From an uncultured Gemmatimonas sp. (GTDB lineage Bacteria; Latescibacterota; UBA2968; SICM01), in assembly GCA_964428665.1 (NCBI GenBank), contig CAYRZX010000003.1, positions 2,114 through 58,098 of the forward strand: a stretch of DNA of 55,985 bases, given 5' to 3'. Of the stretch, positions 52,376 through 55,985 are shown piece after piece. Position 1 is the first letter of the stretch. Every line of letters starts with the position of its first letter. Made by a program: the position numbers and the translations under genes. The notes beneath the pieces were generated by a model. That model saw only the letters and a program-made list of their open reading frames with translations, made no database searches and was not told the origin of the DNA.

Positions 52376-53272
52376 ATGAGAGAAACCATGAGCAGGAATG
52401 GACTCTTAGACCGCCTGAAATCCGGCGAGATTCTCATCTCCGACGGCGCCACGGGGACCTATCTCCAGGCCAGGGGCCTGGAGCCGGGCGGATGCCCGGA
52501 GGAGTGGAACGCCTCCCACCCGGAGGTCGTGCGGGGCATGGCCGCCGACTACTTTGCCGCCGGCTCCGACGCGGTGGAGACCAACTCCTTCGGCGGCAGC
52601 CCCTTCATGCTCAAGAAGTACGGCCATGCCGACCGCGTCGAAGAGCTGAACCGCCTGGCCGCCCGGCACGCCCGGAGCGCCGCCCCCCCCGGCCGCTACG
52701 TCATCGGCTCCGTGGGCCCCACCGGCGAGTTCCTGGAGCCCGTCGGCCCCGTGAGCGTTGAAGAGATGTACGAGGGGTTCGTCCGGCAGGTCACGGCCCT
52801 GGCCGAAGGCGGCGCCGACGCGATCTGCGCCGAGACCATGACCGCCCTCGATGAGGCATGCTTAGTCGTCCGGGCCACGAAGGAGCGCACGGGCCTCGTG
52901 GCCGTGGCGACGATGACCTTTGACAAGGGCCCGCGCGGGAACTTCACCATGATGGGCGTGACCCCGGAGGACGCGGTCCGGGGCCTGTTGGACGCCGGGG
53001 CGGACGTGGTGGGGGCCAACTGCGGCAACGGCATCCTCTACATGGTCGAGATCTCCGCGGAGATGCGGAGGGTCACCGACGCCCCCATTTTGATCCACGC
53101 CAACGCGGGCATCCCGGCCATTCGGAAGGGGCAGATCATCTACCCCGAAGCCCCCGACTGGATGGGCCCGCACTACCGGGCGCTCGTGGATGCCGGGGCC
53201 ACCTTCGTGGGCGGCTGCTGCGGCACGACGCCGGACCACATACGAGCCATCGTCAAGGCGTTACGTGGATAA
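52376..53272 (+). CDS. Homocysteine S-methyltransferase domain protein (stand-alone MetH/BHMT-type Hcy-binding module)
   Basis: DGATGT, ETNSFG, GANCGNG and GGCCGTTPDHI (zinc-thiolate Cys triad). Confidence 0.85.
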   Translation: MRETMSRNGLLDRLKSGEILISDGATGTYLQARGLEPGGCPEEWNASHPEVVRGMAADYFAAGSDAVETNSFGGSPFMLKKYGHADRVEELNRLAARHARSAAPPGRYVIGSVGPTGEFLEPVGPVSVEEMYEGFVRQVTALAEGGADAICAETMTALDEACLVVRATKERTGLVAVATMTFDKGPRGNFTMMGVTPEDAVRGLLDAGADVVGANCGNGILYMVEISAEMRRVTDAPILIHANAGIPAIRKGQIIYPEAPDWMGPHYRALVDAGATFVGGCCGTTPDHIRAIVKALRG

Positions 53273-53284
53273 TAGAACGTGTAG

Positions 53285-53304
53285 GGGCGACCGGCCGGTC
53301 GCCC
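53285..53304. promoter_or_regulatory. 20-bp perfect GC palindrome GGGCGACCGGCCGGTCGCCC (intercistronic hairpin or operator)
   Basis: Between the Hcy-domain gene and the corrinoid-protein gene, followed by TTACCTT. Confidence 0.4.
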
Positions 53305-53332
53305 TTACCTTGCCCTCACGAGGTTGCGATCC

Positions 53333-54085
53333 ATGCCGATTGTGAACGAAGGTATCCAGCAGGAGATCGACAAATACGTCACCCGTCCGGAGGAGAAGGA
53401 GAAGTTCACCGCCTGGTTCAGCGAGGTCTCCCCTCTGATGCAGGACATCGCCTACGCCCTGATCAAGGGCAAGCAGCACGACGTCAGCCGGCTGGTGAGA
53501 CAGGCCCTCGACGAGGGCGTGGAGGCCCACGACGCGCTGGACGATGGCCTGATCTCCGGCATGGGCATCGTCGGGGTGAAGTTCCGGGACAACATCATCT
53601 TCGTCCCGGAGGTCCTGGTGGCCGCGCGGGCCATGAAGGCGGGCATGGCCCACATCGAGCCCATCCTCTCCGCCGCCGGCATCGAGCCGGTCGGAAAGGT
53701 CATCATGGGCACGGTGAAGGGGGACCTCCACGACATCGGCAAAAATCTCTGCATCATGATGCTGCGCGGGTCCGGCTTCGAGGTGATCGACTTAGGCGTG
53801 GACACGAAGTCCGACCAGTTCATCGCGGCGGTGGAGGAGCACAGCGCCCGCATCGTGGGCATGTCCGCGCTTCTGACGACCACCATGCCCAACATGGGGA
53901 AGACCATCCAGGCGTTCATCGACGCCGGGCTGCGGGACGACGTCAAGATCATGGTCGGGGGCGCGCCCGTGACGCAGGAGTTTGCGGACGAGATGGGGGC
54001 CGACGGCTACGGCAAGGACGCCCTCGCCTGCGTGGCGAAGGCCAAGGAGTTCATCGCGGAGCTGGGCGTGGCCGTGGAGGCGTGA
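53333..54085 (+). CDS. Corrinoid (B12-binding) protein, MtaC/MetH-cap+Rossmann type
   Basis: GDLHDIGKN (DxHxxG), MSALLTTT (SxL), IMVGGAP (GG). ATG 53333 has better RBS spacing than TTG 53324. Confidence 0.9.
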   Translation: MPIVNEGIQQEIDKYVTRPEEKEKFTAWFSEVSPLMQDIAYALIKGKQHDVSRLVRQALDEGVEAHDALDDGLISGMGIVGVKFRDNIIFVPEVLVAARAMKAGMAHIEPILSAAGIEPVGKVIMGTVKGDLHDIGKNLCIMMLRGSGFEVIDLGVDTKSDQFIAAVEEHSARIVGMSALLTTTMPNMGKTIQAFIDAGLRDDVKIMVGGAPVTQEFADEMGADGYGKDALACVAKAKEFIAELGVAVEA

Positions 54086-54089
54086 GCCG

Positions 54090-54362
54090 ATGGCAGGACC
54101 GGACAGGGCGCGATTTCGGCGGAGCCTCGACCGGCTCAACGAGATCATGGCCGGGATCGTCAGGAAGGCGGAGGAGGTCTCGCTCCGGCGCTGCCCCTAC
54201 AAGAACGCCGAGGATCGGTGCACCGCCCACTTCGGGTGCCGCTACCAGAGGCCACCCACGGCGCCGGGCGGCCTGAAGGTCTGCACGAGCGACGACAAGC
54301 TGGACTACCGGAAGGCGTGGGAGGTCGATCCCGCGCCCCTCATCCCCCCCGATAAGGCCTGA
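54090..54362 (+). CDS. Hypothetical 90-aa four-cysteine protein
   Basis: GGAGG RBS. Cys pattern C-x9-C-x5-C-x14-C. No family recognised. Tight spacing inside the operon supports that it is coding. Confidence 0.5.
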   Translation: MAGPDRARFRRSLDRLNEIMAGIVRKAEEVSLRRCPYKNAEDRCTAHFGCRYQRPPTAPGGLKVCTSDDKLDYRKAWEVDPAPLIPPDKA

Positions 54363-54371
54363 TCCCTGCCC

Positions 54372-55985
54372 ATGGCCACCATCTCCCACGGCAACAAGAC
54401 CGCCGAACTCTCCGCAGGAAAGACCCTCTTCGACTACGCGGACGACCTGCGGGTGAAGGTCCCCACCTCCTGCCGCAGGACCGGTCGGTGCCACGAGTGC
54501 ATCGTCGAGGTCGCATCGGGCGCGGAGGCCCTCTCCCCGCCCACAGAGGCGGAGCAGTTTCTGAGGCCCCCCTACCGGCTCGCCTGCCAGACGGTCGTGG
54601 TCGACCCGGACCGCGACATCCGATTCTCCGTCCTCAAGCGCACCCCCCAGATCCTCACCCGGGGCAGGGAGACCGGCTTCGACCTCGACCCCTTCGTCCG
54701 GCGGCAGGGGGACCGGGTCTTTTGCGGCGACCGGGAGGTGGACGCCTACCGGGGGCGCATCCTGGGCCTCGCCGTGGACGCGGGCACGACCACGGTCGTG
54801 CTGAACCTGGTGGACTTAGAGGCCGGGGCCTGCCTCTGCACGAGCGCCTTCGAGAACCCTCAGCGGTTCGGGGGCAGCGACATCATGCACCGCATCTCCT
54901 ACGATGCGGGGCCCTACCGGGGGGAGCTGCACAAGGCGATCCTCAGCGCGCTCAACTACGAGGTCCGGGAGATGTGCCGGAGGCTCCGCCTCCCCCGCAG
55001 GGCGATCTACGAGGTCGTGGTCGTGGGCAACGCCACGATGCGCGACATCTTCTTTAACTTAGACGTCCAGACCATCGGCGAGAAGCCCTACAAGTCCATC
55101 ATCGAGCACGAGCTGGACGCGGGCAGGCGGACGACCACGGCCCTGACGACCACGGCCCGCGCCCTCGGCCTGCGCATCCACCCGAAGGCGAACGTCTACG
55201 GAGGCCCTCTGATCGGCTGTCACGTGGGCGCGGACGTGGCCGCCGATCTCCTGGCCGTCGGGATGGACCGGGAGCAGGGCGTGGTCATGCTCGTGGACAT
55301 CGGCACCAACACGGAGGTGGTCGTCGGAAACGCCGGCCGGATGATGGCCGCCTCCTGCCCGGCGGGCCCGGCGTTTGAGGGGGGGCTGATCACCTACGGC
55401 ATGCCGGGCTACGACGGGGCCATCCAGTCCGTGGCCATCCAGAACGGCTGCGTCCGCTATCGCACCGTCGGCGACGCCCCCGCCCAGGGCATCTGCGGGT
55501 CGGGGCTGATCGACCTCCTGGCCGAGCTGCGGCGCGCCGGGAAGATGGACGAGCTGGGGGTCTTCCCGGAGGAGATGGACAGGTTCGTCGTGGCCCCGGA
55601 CCGGGGCATCACCTTCTCGCGGGAGGATGTCAGCCACCTCGCCCAGGCCAAGGCGGCCAACTATTGCGGGCAGCGGATCGTCCTGCAAAATTACGGCGTC
55701 GGCCTGGAGGAGGTCCAGAAGCTCTACCTGGCCGGGGGGTTCGCCAACTACATCGACGTCCGGCACGCCGTGGAGATCGGGTTCATCCCCAACTTCCCGG
55801 AGGAGAAGATCGAGAAGGTGGGCAACGCCTCCCTCCAGGGGGCCACGGCCATGCTCCTGTCCAGGGCGAAGCGGGAGGCCCTGGAGCGCCTCGTGCGCCG
55901 CGTCGAGCACGTGGAGCTGGAGACCACACCGGACTTCTTCGATGTGTTCGTCGAAGGCTGCATGTTCAAGCCGATGTACGAATAA
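54372..55985 (+). CDS. Reductive activator of corrinoid proteins (RACo/RamA-like): [2Fe-2S] ferredoxin + ASKHA ATPase (DUF4445)
   Basis: N-terminal C-x5-C-x2-C...C ferredoxin motif (SCRRTGRCHECIV..LACQ) and ASKHA phosphate motifs (LGLAVDAGTTTV, VDIGTNTE). The stop is the last codon of the window. Confidence 0.85.
   Translation: MATISHGNKTAELSAGKTLFDYADDLRVKVPTSCRRTGRCHECIVEVASGAEALSPPTEAEQFLRPPYRLACQTVVVDPDRDIRFSVLKRTPQILTRGRETGFDLDPFVRRQGDRVFCGDREVDAYRGRILGLAVDAGTTTVVLNLVDLEAGACLCTSAFENPQRFGGSDIMHRISYDAGPYRGELHKAILSALNYEVREMCRRLRLPRRAIYEVVVVGNATMRDIFFNLDVQTIGEKPYKSIIEHELDAGRRTTTALTTTARALGLRIHPKANVYGGPLIGCHVGADVAADLLAVGMDREQGVVMLVDIGTNTEVVVGNAGRMMAASCPAGPAFEGGLITYGMPGYDGAIQSVAIQNGCVRYRTVGDAPAQGICGSGLIDLLAELRRAGKMDELGVFPEEMDRFVVAPDRGITFSREDVSHLAQAKAANYCGQRIVLQNYGVGLEEVQKLYLAGGFANYIDVRHAVEIGFIPNFPEEKIEKVGNASLQGATAMLLSRAKREALERLVRRVEHVELETTPDFFDVFVEGCMFKPMYE

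Overview
About 56 kb of high-GC bacterial chromosome with Gram-negative-type content (TolC/RND efflux, YidD, SecA). I support 51 protein genes, one lysine riboswitch, a set of AT-rich sigma70-type promoters and intrinsic terminators, and two pervasive families of short structured repeats. Gene order: (-) alkaline-phosphatase-superfamily phosphodiesterase (partial); (-) three-gene ABC-2 transporter operon behind a long terminator-containing leader; (-) lysine-riboswitch-controlled asd; (+) cadherin-like/Kelch repeat protein; (-) aldo-keto reductase and zincin-like protein; (+) CBS protein; (-) MNT/HEPN toxin-antitoxin, DUF4926 and sulfatase; (+) TetR-TolC-MFP-RND efflux operon; (+) a glycan/EPS locus (GT2, WecA-like, Wzx, AsnB-like, two GT4, SDR dehydratase) that runs into rpmH. 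A four-gene cassette (enolase-superfamily, SDR, polysaccharide deacetylase, SAM-MTase) then separates rpmH from rnpA-yidD, followed by another GT4. After that come (-) secA-AAC(3)-like-(alpha/alpha)-toroid-MTase; (-) ribD-ribE-ribBA-ribH-nusB-metallophosphoesterase; (-) S55 peptidase, Gfo/Idh/MocA oxidoreductase, Uma2 nuclease and a secreted beta-propeller protein. The window ends with a (+) five-gene corrinoid methyltransferase cluster. I saw no rRNA, tRNA, CRISPR array, transposase or integrase. Most long Pro/Arg/Gly/His-rich ORFs in the track are antisense or alternate-frame shadows of real genes. The leads I rate highest are: (1) the corrinoid cluster at 51.3-56.0 kb, which pairs an MtaA-type methyltransferase with a stand-alone MetH-type homocysteine domain, a B12 protein, a 4-Cys mini-protein and a RACo activase, with no pterin-binding module in the window; (2) a promoter-to-terminator unit of about 220 nt upstream of the ABC-2 operon that matches no riboswitch class I know; (3) heptamer-based (STRR-like) hairpin repeats and C-arm/G-arm hairpin elements at nearly every operon boundary, three of them in frame inside genes (Wzx, AsnB-like, MTase), and one 39-nt-identical pair bracketing the cassette that splits rpmH from rnpA.
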